Virus genome (UHGV): UHGV-0026213
Source of the DNA: a virus
DNA: 64,000 bases
Direction: 5' to 3' (one strand)
Under the pieces are notes generated by a model. That model worked only from the letters and a program-made list of their open reading frames with translations, was not told where the DNA came from and did not search any database. Shown here piece by piece: positions 37,559 through 48,257 of this stretch; positions within the stretch are counted from its first letter, which is position 1; each line of letters opens with the position of its first letter. A program made the position numbers and the translations under genes.

Positions 37559-37858
37559 ATGATTAAATATGTCGTTATTAATGTAGACTACGAACGTAGC
37601 CCACGTTTTCGTTTTGAGTTACCTGAAACCAAAGCAACCATGGAGTTTAATCGCTACTTATTAGAGCATTCAAACACCAAAATCAATCACGGTAGATACT
37701 GGCTTATCTACTATAATGCCCGTAATGAGCTACTGAAAGCCGTCAAGAAATCAGGTCAGTCGGAACTGTTAGCGAAACTGACGGCGTACGATAACGATCC
37801 CTTAGCAATAGGAGTGATGCTAGACCTTGCTATTAAGAAAGACGAGATAGCGTGGTGA
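37559..37858 (+). CDS. hypothetical protein
   Basis: RBS GAGG; promoter-like variant upstream; bidirectional terminator downstream. Confidence 0.5.
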   Translation: MIKYVVINVDYERSPRFRFELPETKATMEFNRYLLEHSNTKINHGRYWLIYYNARNELLKAVKKSGQSELLAKLTAYDNDPLAIGVMLDLAIKKDEIAW

Positions 37859-37872
37859 AAAAAAAGAAAAGC

Positions 37873-37920
37873 CACTCCGACCCCAGAAGGGTCGGAGTAA
37901 GCTCGAATTATTTTTTTTTT
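37873..37920. terminator. bidirectional intrinsic terminator between convergent genes
   Basis: ACTCCGACCC/GGGTCGGAGT stem; A-run upstream, 12-nt T-run downstream. Confidence 0.7.
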
Positions 37921-37925
37921 GCTAT

Positions 37926-40643
37926 TTAGAGAGTTTCGTCGGCGTTGTCGTCTGTACCGGTATCCGTCTCGTCTGTGTCTTCAGCAGAAACGTCTTCTTC
38001 CGTTGTCGTATCGGTTTCCGTCGTTTCATCATCAGACATGTCCAAGTCTTCATCACCGCCCATATCGTCACCACCTAAGTCCTCATCGCCCCCTAAGCCA
38101 CCGTCGTCTTCAGAGCCGCCACCGAAGTCGTTACCCCCGACAAAGTTATTGGCGTCCTCAGGATTCAAATCAGCCGCTTTTGCTAAGGTTTCAACTTTAC
38201 CTGTTGTGCGTTTAGCTAACTGAATCAGCGTCTTCGATGCTGCTGCGATTTCATCAGAAATCATCTTGACGTTTTCACCACGTTTATCTTCGTCGTAGAT
38301 CAAATCAAACAGATCGGTTTCGATGCCTTGATTACGCAGCCAGTTACGCGTATAGAACGATTTAATCATCGTCTTGAGATCATCAGGCTGCATTTCGATA
38401 CCTTCATTCTGAAGCATATTCGAAATGTCGTCGGTAACAACCAGATCCGCCAGTTTCTCAATGAACTCATAGCGTTTATCAAACAGATCCGCTTGTGAAG
38501 AAGAAGCTGATGTGTCTGGTGGTGGTAAGGTGACTTTCATGCCATTGATGAACTTCGCCAGATACTCTGACGTCTGTTTGGTCAAGTCTTCACCTGTTAC
38601 ATTAGGATTCTGATTGCGAATATATTCAACGATAACACGAATCAGTTCTGCTTGTAACTTAGGAGAGGCTTGCAAACTGTTTGTCACGTAGCGTGTTAAC
38701 GGCGTAGATAGGATTTCTTGTTTTTTCACGATTTGCTGAGTCACCAGCAGTGACTTGGAATAAATCTGTGAAGCAAATTCCAGGTTTTCCGGCGTCAAAA
38801 CAAGATCCGGGTCTACACACGCGATGTGACAAGTACGACGGAGTAAGTTTTCATCGATTTGTTGATCGGGCACTTTATACTCAGGCGTTGTGTCCGAAAC
38901 CGACACTTTATGACTGGCGTAGTATTCATTACCCGTCACGTTAAATGCAATCCCGGCATTAGCCCCCATTGACCAAGCGTCATTGATATCACCCCACATC
39001 GGTAAACGACGGTTATAGGAGTTGAGAATATCTGATTTAACTTGGTCAACCGTTTTCTGACCGTTCATATCGTCTGGCGATAACTCAATGTCGTATTGCA
39101 TGTGACGTGCTGAGTTCAACACTGAGGAGTTCATCGTTGCGAACAACAGTGCCATCCTGACCGTAGAGATGATAAAGGAACGTTCGGTGATAGACACCCC
39201 AATACCATCTTCGTTAAAGTCCGTTGCAAAGTAGCACAAGTTATTAGCCGGGATATAGACAACCTGTGTGTGACGTTTTGCGAGGTGACGTGCCAGCAGA
39301 ATACGACCGAAAGTTTCGGTAATTTTCATGCTGATTTCAGCTCCACCCAATGCCTGGCTTAACGCACGGGTAAATTCGTTCTCAGCAATCTCGCTACAAC
39401 GGGCACTTAAACGGTTGGCGATCTCTGGCGTTATACGAGAGGTATTACCCAAACCTAAATTAGAGCGGTTGATAATACTGTCCGTCATGCCGTCGTTATT
39501 AAGGTAGTTCATAAAGTTCGCGTCCCCGTAAAGTGAAGAACGTGAGTTGATGAAGTTACCCATATCGTCAATAATGGTCAGAAACCCAATAGGGTTACGA
39601 ACGTCGTCGCCGATAACCAACGGTGCGGTAGACTCAGCAGGCAATAGACATTCGAAATATTCGATTTGGTTGTTTTCATTCATCGAAATAATCGGAATAT
39701 CGCCATAAGTCTGAGTTTTTGGTGTACCTTTGTACGCTTCGTTCAGATCGCCTAAGTTAATGAAGCCTTTTTCAGCCGCATCACGCTGACGATCGTTAAA
39801 CTGTTGATTAACTTCGTACGGCGTAGCACCTGTCGGTGTGGCAGGCTTTTCATATGCGGCTTGCTCTAATTGGCCGTAGAGACCAGTACGTGCGTTCTCA
39901 TGCGCGATTCGACGATAAGCATGGGGTAGTAACGTGATACGTGGGTTGTCGGTGATCGAGATGTCCATTTCGAACTTATCTGAGAACATCTTATCGTGGT
40001 TACTGAAATTGATTTTCAGCGACTGTGGTCCTTTAACAGGGCCACGAACACGACTCAGTATAGATTCCACACCTACGCGTTGCCCGTCTTCTTGCTCGTT
40101 GATTGGACCGAGAATACCGAGCTGGTCTTCGAAATAGGCAGCTTGAGAACGACGTACGGATTCGGTAGCGACTTTGGCGTCTAAACCGAACAACTGGTCA
40201 AATCCGTTGTCCGAGATTATCATCACTGGACTTGCGCCTTTTGTTTTTAACGCGTCGTAAATCCACTGATATAATTTCTTAGGTAATTGACGTACGTTAT
40301 CATGATAATCACGCGTTGGTGTCAGTAGGTCATTACGTAAGTCAATTGGAATGTCTGCGATGTTGTCGTAAATCAACGTGGTGTTGATTAAGTCTTTTGT
40401 CGACAGCAAGCTCGAAGTTGCAATGGTAACAATCGTTTCGAGTTCAGGTAACGCATCAAAGATACGTTCCGCATTTTTGATAGTACGAATACGCGAACTT
40501 ACAATTCCTGCAAGTTCCTGACGTGTTGGCGTAGAACCACCCTCGCTACGCGTACCGCGTTGTTGCTGGGGTGCTGGGCCCGTAGTTTTACGAAGAATTG
40601 CAGCTACGGCGGGGTCGCCCGTTAATTTACTAATATCGTCCAT
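37926..40643 (-). CDS. large virion protein candidate (905 aa), possibly portal; poly-acidic Gly-rich C-terminal tail
   Basis: Long minus-strand ORF a few genes from capsid candidate; C-terminus GGDEDLGGDDMGGDEDL...; portal assignment is inference from size and position only. Confidence 0.4.
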   Translation of the reverse strand: MDDISKLTGDPAVAAILRKTTGPAPQQQRGTRSEGGSTPTRQELAGIVSSRIRTIKNAERIFDALPELETIVTIATSSLLSTKDLINTTLIYDNIADIPIDLRNDLLTPTRDYHDNVRQLPKKLYQWIYDALKTKGASPVMIISDNGFDQLFGLDAKVATESVRRSQAAYFEDQLGILGPINEQEDGQRVGVESILSRVRGPVKGPQSLKINFSNHDKMFSDKFEMDISITDNPRITLLPHAYRRIAHENARTGLYGQLEQAAYEKPATPTGATPYEVNQQFNDRQRDAAEKGFINLGDLNEAYKGTPKTQTYGDIPIISMNENNQIEYFECLLPAESTAPLVIGDDVRNPIGFLTIIDDMGNFINSRSSLYGDANFMNYLNNDGMTDSIINRSNLGLGNTSRITPEIANRLSARCSEIAENEFTRALSQALGGAEISMKITETFGRILLARHLAKRHTQVVYIPANNLCYFATDFNEDGIGVSITERSFIISTVRMALLFATMNSSVLNSARHMQYDIELSPDDMNGQKTVDQVKSDILNSYNRRLPMWGDINDAWSMGANAGIAFNVTGNEYYASHKVSVSDTTPEYKVPDQQIDENLLRRTCHIACVDPDLVLTPENLEFASQIYSKSLLVTQQIVKKQEILSTPLTRYVTNSLQASPKLQAELIRVIVEYIRNQNPNVTGEDLTKQTSEYLAKFINGMKVTLPPPDTSASSSQADLFDKRYEFIEKLADLVVTDDISNMLQNEGIEMQPDDLKTMIKSFYTRNWLRNQGIETDLFDLIYDEDKRGENVKMISDEIAAASKTLIQLAKRTTGKVETLAKAADLNPEDANNFVGGNDFGGGSEDDGGLGGDEDLGGDDMGGDEDLDMSDDETTETDTTTEEDVSAEDTDETDTGTDDNADETL

Positions 40644-40654
40644 TGGGGTCTCCG

Positions 40655-42838
40655 ATGCAGAGATTTAACATATTTCGTGATCAGAACATCGCGTTGGCGA
40701 AATCGCTGATTATTAAATCAGAATCAATCGCACAACAGATGAATCTGGCAATAACCGAGAACGGCGGTTTCGTTTCCGATAACCGTAGTACGTGGCGATA
40801 CTACCTGCATTTAGCAGGACAACGTCACGAAATGGATAAACCCATTTACATCACGTCGCTCGACACGCAAGAGCAGATAGAATTAACGACAGCCAACCTG
40901 TCCCGTCATAAAAAGACCTCTAACGTTTTTCGTTCGAATGTCGAGTATATCGTGGCGTTGATCGCAACTTATCCCGAATACGCGGTTTATATTCGCGGCG
41001 TCTTTACGCCAATCGATTTAAATTACGCGTTACGTGTAGACGATTGTTCTATTTTGTACTACGACAGTTCGTTAGTAGAATCACAAGAGACATCATTGAT
41101 TAGCCGACTGGAAGCGAGAATTCGTGCAGCCCACGTCCGGTACATGGCTGAGGGTTGGAAGGTCCACAACGATGCGTTTGTGTTAGCTTTCTACTGCATG
41201 TTGTTTCCGCAGCTACCGGGCATAATTGGTTATATTCGTTCTTCTTTACAGCATACGACAGAAACACACTCTTTCTTCGTTACCGAATTTTTAGCTTCGC
41301 ACCAGGAACTGCATGAGTTTATGCCGTACCTGACTCAGAAACAAAAATTCATTCTTTATCGAAATATTCGATACTGGGAACGCAATTCAGGGAAAGAGGA
41401 GATCTTCGATTGGCAAATCGATGCGCTACTGACAGGCTGGGGAATGCCTGCGGTTGGGTATAATGTTGCGCAGCAGATTCACGAACCGAAAGATGATGAC
41501 GATTCAACCTTAACACCGTTGCCTATCGGTTATCAGCAATCTTTAAACTACACAGAGAAAGACTCTGGACGCGATTTGGATATTGTTACCACTACGGACA
41601 TAATCCAAAAAGAGGTGGGGTTAGCGTATAACAACCCGGCGTACGAACCAGAGTACCAAGAAGACTTAGACACGCGACTGAGTCTGACACAATATCCTAA
41701 CTTAACGACGAAGCTCGTAGAAGTAACCGCCGTTGACCCAGAAGCTATTGAGCGTTTTGAATACACACATAACCTCTTTAATGAATGGGTACATTTGGTA
41801 GCGAAGGGAAAATACAACATCTACCACGAGATTCTTAACCCAACGAACGGCGATGCATTAAAGTTAAGTTCGAAAGAACTGTTGGCACTGTTTTTGTACG
41901 CGGCGTATAAAGGTTACTCCGATGTTGCCCTTGAAGAAATCCCCGTATTTAACGTTTTTGATGTGTTGATTAAACGTTGGGTGCCCTTCGATGAAATGGA
42001 ACAACATCTTATCCCGAGTTGGGAACACCGTTTCGATGCGCTGATTAACTACTACACCGACACCCACACCGAGGTAGTCGGGACCATTCTCAGTGCCGAC
42101 GAACTTTACGATACGATTAATGAAATTATCTTACAGAAGCGACGCCGTTGGCGTTACAGCCAAAACCGCCGTAAGATTCCCGATCGTGCTGCGGGCTTAA
42201 TGTTGTTCGATTACCATTATCGTGATTATCGCTGTGATTTAAAGTTAAAGTATCGTAACTATGACGAGTTCTTTAAGACCTTTGGGTTAGACTATACGTT
42301 GGTCTCTGCAGAGACGTGGCAAGATATTGCAGTCGATGCATTGAACACCGCAACAAACCTTGAAACGCGTGCAACCATTTCGCAATCTGAAATACAGCGC
42401 GCGATGGTTCGATTAATGACCACGCTTTCGTCGTATACCGTACATTTTGCTGCACGGATGGGGTCAGATTCTTACGACGTTATGGACCCGCTTTGTCCAA
42501 TCTTAGGGGATATCCCTATGAGTGGGGAGGGTACAGTTACCATCATTGAACCTCTCTTAGGCGTACAGTCAGTTACGCGACACCAATACATGACGACGGA
42601 CAAAGTGCTTCCCGCAGCGCCGGTGATTAAAGAGCTGTCCATGCCGCAACACATCAAACTACGGATGAACATTTACATGGGTATCCGTGTGAGAGTGAAT
42701 CAGCAAGTCGTGGTGGATATTAATGAACCGACCACCGGGGTTGTTAAGGTCAAGTCTTCACTTGACGACTGGGCGTTAAACGAACAGGTGAAAATTAACG
42801 ATCTCGAAGGGTTTACGTTAGACCAGCTACCTAAGTGA
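40655..42838 (+). CDS. hypothetical protein (about 727 aa)
   Basis: Divergent from minus-strand gene; start uncertain (TTG 40643 or ATG 40655). Confidence 0.5.
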   Translation: MQRFNIFRDQNIALAKSLIIKSESIAQQMNLAITENGGFVSDNRSTWRYYLHLAGQRHEMDKPIYITSLDTQEQIELTTANLSRHKKTSNVFRSNVEYIVALIATYPEYAVYIRGVFTPIDLNYALRVDDCSILYYDSSLVESQETSLISRLEARIRAAHVRYMAEGWKVHNDAFVLAFYCMLFPQLPGIIGYIRSSLQHTTETHSFFVTEFLASHQELHEFMPYLTQKQKFILYRNIRYWERNSGKEEIFDWQIDALLTGWGMPAVGYNVAQQIHEPKDDDDSTLTPLPIGYQQSLNYTEKDSGRDLDIVTTTDIIQKEVGLAYNNPAYEPEYQEDLDTRLSLTQYPNLTTKLVEVTAVDPEAIERFEYTHNLFNEWVHLVAKGKYNIYHEILNPTNGDALKLSSKELLALFLYAAYKGYSDVALEEIPVFNVFDVLIKRWVPFDEMEQHLIPSWEHRFDALINYYTDTHTEVVGTILSADELYDTINEIILQKRRRWRYSQNRRKIPDRAAGLMLFDYHYRDYRCDLKLKYRNYDEFFKTFGLDYTLVSAETWQDIAVDALNTATNLETRATISQSEIQRAMVRLMTTLSSYTVHFAARMGSDSYDVMDPLCPILGDIPMSGEGTVTIIEPLLGVQSVTRHQYMTTDKVLPAAPVIKELSMPQHIKLRMNIYMGIRVRVNQQVVVDINEPTTGVVKVKSSLDDWALNEQVKINDLEGFTLDQLPK

Positions 42839-42845
42839 GAGAATC

Positions 42846-43373
42846 ATGGCATATCGTGTCGATTTAACGAAAGCACCTAAACAAATTTTAGTAGACCGGA
42901 TTAACTACGTATTTAGTCTATCCTATACTGCTGATAACATCGAGTTTAACGCAAACGGCGTTCAACCACTAACTTTAGCAGAACGTCAACGTTACGGACT
43001 AGAATCAAAGGTTGCTGCCGTCTTCCGTAACGGCGTTGTCGGTAACCAGGAATTCATTTTAACTCGCGTTGATTTGGCAACGTTCCTGGCCGATGAACCG
43101 GTGAGTGTACCGAAAGGCGCAGTAACGTCCAGCGAGGAGTTGGCTGATTATATCGTTGCGCAAACAGGGATTGACCTGCGTGCCGACGACATTATGATTG
43201 AGCCGATTTCAGAGGAGCTGGATTCTTATGATGTTCGTCTCGTCCCGAATCATTTGTCTTTTAAAGGAACGATTCCGGTCGTATTTACTGATTCCACCCC
43301 ACGCAAATTGGCGTCTCTTGTGACGAAATTAGCGTTGGATGGGTTCCGCCCAGGAGAATTAATCAATGTCTAA
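42846..43373 (+). CDS. hypothetical protein
   Basis: 175-codon ORF; overlaps next gene start. Confidence 0.5.
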   Translation: MAYRVDLTKAPKQILVDRINYVFSLSYTADNIEFNANGVQPLTLAERQRYGLESKVAAVFRNGVVGNQEFILTRVDLATFLADEPVSVPKGAVTSSEELADYIVAQTGIDLRADDIMIEPISEELDSYDVRLVPNHLSFKGTIPVVFTDSTPRKLASLVTKLALDGFRPGELINV

Positions 43374-44253
43374 TGTCAAAGTTTACGACGGTAAACTCTC
43401 GACGGTAACGCTTAATGCGATGCGTTTGGCTACCGCATTAATTACCGGTGCTGACGTGCAATACCCGCAAAAATCCACACTGAATGAGTTCTATAAACTC
43501 ATGCAAACACCAGTGCCGGACGGTAAAGCGCGTCCTCATTTGCAGTACATGGCAATTGGCAACCGTGGCCATATGGTCGACACCTCTGATGTGGTGGCTG
43601 ACGTTGTGCCTGTAGGTAAAGAACCTATTGCTTCCGGGATGTTTTCCCGCGTTCCGTTTGTCCTGCGTACAAAAGACAATGATCTGTCTGACGAACAACG
43701 TAAGAACTACGCTTTTCGTACTTTGGAAACGTTTAACAAACGCGAATACTGGGCGTATTATTTAAAACGCATCGACATGCGCGCTGTAAAAACCACCGAT
43801 TACGATATCAGGCGTGAGAACGGTGTTGAGACCGTCGAAGACTTTGTGTACACAGACACGGAATTAAACCCCGTACCGAAAGTATTGCCGGACTACGATT
43901 ACGACGACGATGGCACCGTTGCAATCCCAGATGGCCGTTATGTGGAGTCAGGTGCTGACCTGGTTATTCCGTGGACAGACTTTGATGTTCAGGAATATAT
44001 GAACGTAACGAGCATTATGCGTGGTAGCCCGCGTAGTTCAATTATCTCTGAACTGGCACTCTGCTCAGGGTTAGACCAGGTCGCGTCCGGGGATTCTGCA
44101 ACTGGGTCTAAATTCAGCTATAACGAGGCGATCGGTGTTCAGGCGTTGTACTATATTTCGATGTTTACCAACCTGGCACAGACGAATGACAAATTGTCTT
44201 TGACCATTCGTATCGGACAGCCTGCACCGTTCTTCCTGGGGACAGCTAACTGA
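43366..44253 (+). CDS. hypothetical protein
   Basis: 295-codon ORF; coupled to downstream gene. Confidence 0.5.
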   Translation: MSNVKVYDGKLSTVTLNAMRLATALITGADVQYPQKSTLNEFYKLMQTPVPDGKARPHLQYMAIGNRGHMVDTSDVVADVVPVGKEPIASGMFSRVPFVLRTKDNDLSDEQRKNYAFRTLETFNKREYWAYYLKRIDMRAVKTTDYDIRRENGVETVEDFVYTDTELNPVPKVLPDYDYDDDGTVAIPDGRYVESGADLVIPWTDFDVQEYMNVTSIMRGSPRSSIISELALCSGLDQVASGDSATGSKFSYNEAIGVQALYYISMFTNLAQTNDKLSLTIRIGQPAPFFLGTAN

Positions 44254-44897
44254 TGTTGATACCCGAGCCGAGACTTCCAGATAAGATGGTAAGAATCGCG
44301 GCAATAGACCCCGGTACGAGCCATCTTGGTATGGCAGTATTGGATTGGGAATACGGCAGCGATCAAGCCGAAGTGGTTTGGGCTGATACCATGCATGTAT
44401 TAGACCCAACGCATCCAAATGCGTTTGCAGAGTGTGTCGGTAAACGTGACGATCGTTTAGTTAAGCTCGAAGCTTGTTACCGTGAATTTCTTCGGATTGC
44501 CTGCCCAACTTTCGTTGCAACAGAGACACCGTTTATGCGGAGAGCAAAACTCTCCGCTTATGAATCTGGTGTCGAACTACAATTAATGTTGCGACGTACT
44601 TTGTGGGACGTTTACCCGGAGAAAATTTTACACGGCTTCAATCCTATCATTGTAAAATCATTCGTTGGGTTGGAAGCGAAGGGGACGGATAAAACCGATA
44701 TGTTTCGGGCCGTGACCAAGCTCTATCGCGAACATGCTTTGTTTGATATTACAACGTTAGATGAGCACAGTATTGATGCTGTGGCGGTGGGAAATATTTT
44801 CGTCAGGGTAAATCTGTTAAACTTAAACAGCCTGCTACCGCCTAAACAAAAGTCGACTAAGACCTCCAGGCGGAGAAGGCGTCGGAGAAAACGATAA
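44253..44897 (+). CDS. RuvC-like Holliday junction resolvase (RNase H fold) with poly-arginine C-terminal tail
   Basis: IAAIDPGTSHLGMAV, ATETPF and DAVAVG match RuvC catalytic motifs at RuvC-like spacing; C-terminus SRRRRRRRKR; alternative start at 44286. Confidence 0.65.
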   Translation: MLIPEPRLPDKMVRIAAIDPGTSHLGMAVLDWEYGSDQAEVVWADTMHVLDPTHPNAFAECVGKRDDRLVKLEACYREFLRIACPTFVATETPFMRRAKLSAYESGVELQLMLRRTLWDVYPEKILHGFNPIIVKSFVGLEAKGTDKTDMFRAVTKLYREHALFDITTLDEHSIDAVAVGNIFVRVNLLNLNSLLPPKQKSTKTSRRRRRRRKR

Positions 44898-45475
44898 TGG
44901 AACCGAGCACACAAGCACTACCCACTGAAATACTTGACTTATTGATCCAAGCTGGAAACAGAAAGTTAAGTAAAGAACAGTCTGAACAGTTAACGAAACT
45001 CTTGAAAGCGGCGTATGGGGATGACGTCGACGTTGACGTTACCCGTTCGGGAACAAAGATTCTTTCCGACCTACGCCCGACGCTAATCGATAACTTAGGC
45101 AAAATATCAGAACAATTCCATCAGCAGGCAACTGACGCTGTGGAATCTCTAGGGGATGAGATTAGCAAAGAAACCATGCTAACCTTATGGCCGAAATTAT
45201 CCGCTCCCCAGAAGTTCATTATTGCCCTCCTGACGTTAGCGACGGTTGTTGTAACCGGTTTCCTGGGTTATGACACGCATCAACATTTTCCAGAAGACAG
45301 TTTAGATGTTCTGATTGTGACGTTGGTACCGTTCTTTGCGTTGGTTGTTTTTGCGACTTGGCCGATTAAAACGTTGGCTTATAAGTCTCTTGAGATAGCC
45401 ACAAAAGTTGTTGAGAAGAAGCTTGAGAAATCAGGCCAGCTTAAGTCGAAGACAGAAAGCCCAACAACGAAATAA
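44897..45475 (+). CDS. hypothetical membrane protein (two predicted TM helices)
   Basis: Hydrophobic segments FIIALLTLATVVVTGFLGY and VLIVTLVPFFALVVFATWPI. Confidence 0.5.
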   Translation: MEPSTQALPTEILDLLIQAGNRKLSKEQSEQLTKLLKAAYGDDVDVDVTRSGTKILSDLRPTLIDNLGKISEQFHQQATDAVESLGDEISKETMLTLWPKLSAPQKFIIALLTLATVVVTGFLGYDTHQHFPEDSLDVLIVTLVPFFALVVFATWPIKTLAYKSLEIATKVVEKKLEKSGQLKSKTESPTTK

Positions 45476-45480
45476 TCCTA

Positions 45481-45518
45481 ACCTCTACCTTCGGGTAGAG
45501 GTTACTTCTTTTTATTTT
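45481..45518 (+). terminator. intrinsic terminator (UUCG loop)
   Basis: ACCTCTACC-TTCG-GGTAGAGGT then T-run. Confidence 0.7.
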
Positions 45519-45564
45519 TACAATTTTTAAACATACTGTGAGACTTAAAAGAAGGAGTGCTATT

Positions 45565-46218
45565 GTGGAACCATTACGCTTAATGACCAGAACGTTACTG
45601 ATACCTATTCAGGACCTGAAGGTTGGACCGTTGGTCACCTCTAATGGGGAAATTGTTGATTTCGTTAAAGAGGAAAAAATTCTTACGGCGGCTTTTCAAG
45701 AGACGCTTCATCGCTATTATCGCGCAGTACCTTTATCCGGCAGTTTAGATTGTCCGGGTGTGGAGGGGAGTACGTCTGCGTTAATAGCGGAGCATTTAGA
45801 AAAGAAAGGGTTTGGGGTCGGGAAAGGACAGGTTTTTGTAGACACTGCCACACTGAACAAATACCAAAACGACCTAATGTTACAGATAAGGAGATTGCTT
45901 GCCCGTTATGGTCTTTTCTCGATTAATTGTAAGTTTGACGACGTTCGGATGTTAGACCACGGTTTTACTACCACCCTTAAAATCTGTCGTGGTAAAAGAT
46001 TCATACAGTTTACCTGGTGGGTGCCGTCCCTACGTGGTGAGAGAAAAACGGTGGAAGGGTTGTATGGTTGGGCTTTATGGAGCGAAGTTCCAGTAACGAA
46101 GCTCGATGCGATTATTCCACAGCATCGAAACGTTCCACTTAGCAGTTTATTTACTTCTGGTGGGAACACCACGTGGGATGAATTTGTTAAAAACGTTTTA
46201 TCGATAGGGGAACAATAA
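45565..46218 (+). CDS. hypothetical protein
   Basis: Probable GTG start after RBS AAGGAG. Confidence 0.45.
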   Translation: MEPLRLMTRTLLIPIQDLKVGPLVTSNGEIVDFVKEEKILTAAFQETLHRYYRAVPLSGSLDCPGVEGSTSALIAEHLEKKGFGVGKGQVFVDTATLNKYQNDLMLQIRRLLARYGLFSINCKFDDVRMLDHGFTTTLKICRGKRFIQFTWWVPSLRGERKTVEGLYGWALWSEVPVTKLDAIIPQHRNVPLSSLFTSGGNTTWDEFVKNVLSIGEQ

Positions 46219-46694
46219 TGCAGCAGTTAGATATTACCGAAGACAAAATTTCCGCTAAATTTCCTGAATTACGTGAATACGTCAAAGACTTAAATTCGAT
46301 TCGAGAAACGCCAGTCAGAATCACGTTGGCTGTTGAAGACGATATTACACATGGGGTTGCAATCTGGGAGCCGGGGAATCTTATCTATCTGGTAGTGGCC
46401 GAAGGTTCTCGTCGTAGCGGTGTAGGTTCCTTTTTACTGAAATACGTTCAACTTAATTCAGATCGTCAAATGGTGATGTGTCGTGTCCATCCCTCAAACA
46501 TAGACGGGCTGTGTTTCTTTTCCAAAAAAGGCTTCCAAATAGACCGATGGTTTATTGCCAGTGACTCCCGTCGGTATTTTCGTATGACGAACAGTAACGT
46601 TGATTCGTCATACGCCCCGCCGGAAGAAGGATATTTGGTGGATTTTATTGAAAACACCCCCATCTTTCTCTCTGTTGCGGATAAGATTTATTAG
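46218..46694 (+). CDS. GNAT-like acetyltransferase domain protein (tentative)
   Basis: Motif VAEGSRRSGVGSFLL resembles GNAT motif A. Confidence 0.4.
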   Translation: MQQLDITEDKISAKFPELREYVKDLNSIRETPVRITLAVEDDITHGVAIWEPGNLIYLVVAEGSRRSGVGSFLLKYVQLNSDRQMVMCRVHPSNIDGLCFFSKKGFQIDRWFIASDSRRYFRMTNSNVDSSYAPPEEGYLVDFIENTPIFLSVADKIY

Positions 46695-46713
46695 AAACAG
46701 TTGAGAGCCCAAA

Positions 46714-47190
46714 ATGATTCGTGTCGAATATGAGACGCGGTGCTTGGAAGGCAATAAAGCAAAAGTGTTACGTTGCGTTGAAGTTATCCCCGCACACGAG
46801 GTTGATTTACGTACAGGCCGTGTTCGGGGAGTTCCTGTAACGATACTACAACATAATCCTTGTTCGCAATTTAAAGAGAAGGCAACTCCAGCAGTACGTT
46901 CTCGTCGTCGAGAGGACTTTTCTGATCTCCGCAAATCTTTTACACGGCACTACCGACGCAGTAAATGGAAAGTGTTGGTATTAATTTTAGTGGATGATTT
47001 TATTAAAGACTTGGTTTGGGAGGAGGTGCTAAAAGAGCGCGGTTTTACACCCAAACCTTTCTCGTATCACTGGGAACGTTTCAAAAAGAAATATCGTGAA
47101 GCGCTATGGTTTTCGCCGAACACACGGAATATGATTCCGCGCTTAGAGTCGATGCCATGGCTACGCGATCATCTTGATGAGGTAGACTGA
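46714..47190 (+). CDS. hypothetical basic protein
   Basis: 158-codon ORF; stop overlaps next start. Confidence 0.5.
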   Translation: MIRVEYETRCLEGNKAKVLRCVEVIPAHEVDLRTGRVRGVPVTILQHNPCSQFKEKATPAVRSRRREDFSDLRKSFTRHYRRSKWKVLVLILVDDFIKDLVWEEVLKERGFTPKPFSYHWERFKKKYREALWFSPNTRNMIPRLESMPWLRDHLDEVD

Positions 47191-47582
47191 TGAAACGAAC
47201 TGTCATTACCCTATTTCTAACGCTACTTTCATTTTCCGCGTTCGCGGAATTTAAACCGCACGATATTAGTCGTTTTGAACCTACAGTGCCGGGCGATAAA
47301 CCCGTCGTTTTTAAATCTACCGACCAGCCAGTTGTTGCAGTTCAAAACGATGAGTTCGCCACGGTAAATTACGGTAAAACCGAATTGTGCCCGGCAGGCG
47401 GCTACTATTTGGTAAACATCAAACGGCGTACATATCAGTTTGTTGATCCGGGTAGTTGTTCTGCCAGTGTAAAGGTAACGTTAGAAACTGTACCCTACGC
47501 AAATAAAAGTATTAATGTTCAACGTTTAACTTTCTATGTTGGTGATGAGATCACCGCACGGTACCCATTATACGGGTATTAG
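47190..47582 (+). CDS. secreted/periplasmic protein with signal peptide
   Basis: N-terminus MKRTVITLFLTLLSFSAFA-EF: basic n-region, hydrophobic core, AxA cleavage site. Confidence 0.55.
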   Translation: MKRTVITLFLTLLSFSAFAEFKPHDISRFEPTVPGDKPVVFKSTDQPVVAVQNDEFATVNYGKTELCPAGGYYLVNIKRRTYQFVDPGSCSASVKVTLETVPYANKSINVQRLTFYVGDEITARYPLYGY

Positions 47583-47605
47583 TGATTAACCCCCGCGGAG
47601 TTTGT

Positions 47606-48244
47606 ATGTCTTTTGTAATTGATTTTGAAGTTGGTCATAGACAGAACTTACTCAACCTCGTTAGTTACTGTAATAGCGGCAGTGTACGTAAAAAGCTTTC
47701 GGCTGAGAAAGTGGATGTTTCTTTAATAGGCGCACCCACACCGGAAGGTCGGTATCGAGTAAAGTTAACTAACCGCAATGATATTAACGACGCGGTGATG
47801 ATATCTTACACGAAACTTCAATTGAATGACTTTCTTGATATTCCCGGTAAGTATCTGGATTGGTTCGATTTCGAAAACGGCCAACCTAAAAATTACGATA
47901 AATGGGCAGAGTCCGCGAAAGTGTCGGTGGAGAAGATGTGTCAAGACCGTGGTATGGTTTTGTCGCGTGCATGGGACACGGGCTCGCAGTGTCACGTTGA
48001 GTATGATGAGGATCTCGAGCGCTATGTGGTAATTTACGAATGTGATTCGTTTATTTATAGCGCACGAAATCGATTTATTCTACCGCTTCATATTGGGCAA
48101 ATTATTACGAATAAAACCCTTGACGGACTTAATTACAACAACGAACTGAATAAACGTCCTTTAGGGGGCTTAGATGGTGAGTTGGACGTCTGGATGGGCA
48201 AAGCGTTACTCGAGACTGTCGTTTTAAGTGGTTTAGAAGCGTGA
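47606..48244 (+). CDS. hypothetical protein
   Basis: ATG after RBS-like CGGAG; terminator at 48258. Confidence 0.45.
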   Translation: MSFVIDFEVGHRQNLLNLVSYCNSGSVRKKLSAEKVDVSLIGAPTPEGRYRVKLTNRNDINDAVMISYTKLQLNDFLDIPGKYLDWFDFENGQPKNYDKWAESAKVSVEKMCQDRGMVLSRAWDTGSQCHVEYDEDLERYVVIYECDSFIYSARNRFILPLHIGQIITNKTLDGLNYNNELNKRPLGGLDGELDVWMGKALLETVVLSGLEA

Positions 48245-48257
48245 TAACATCACCGAT

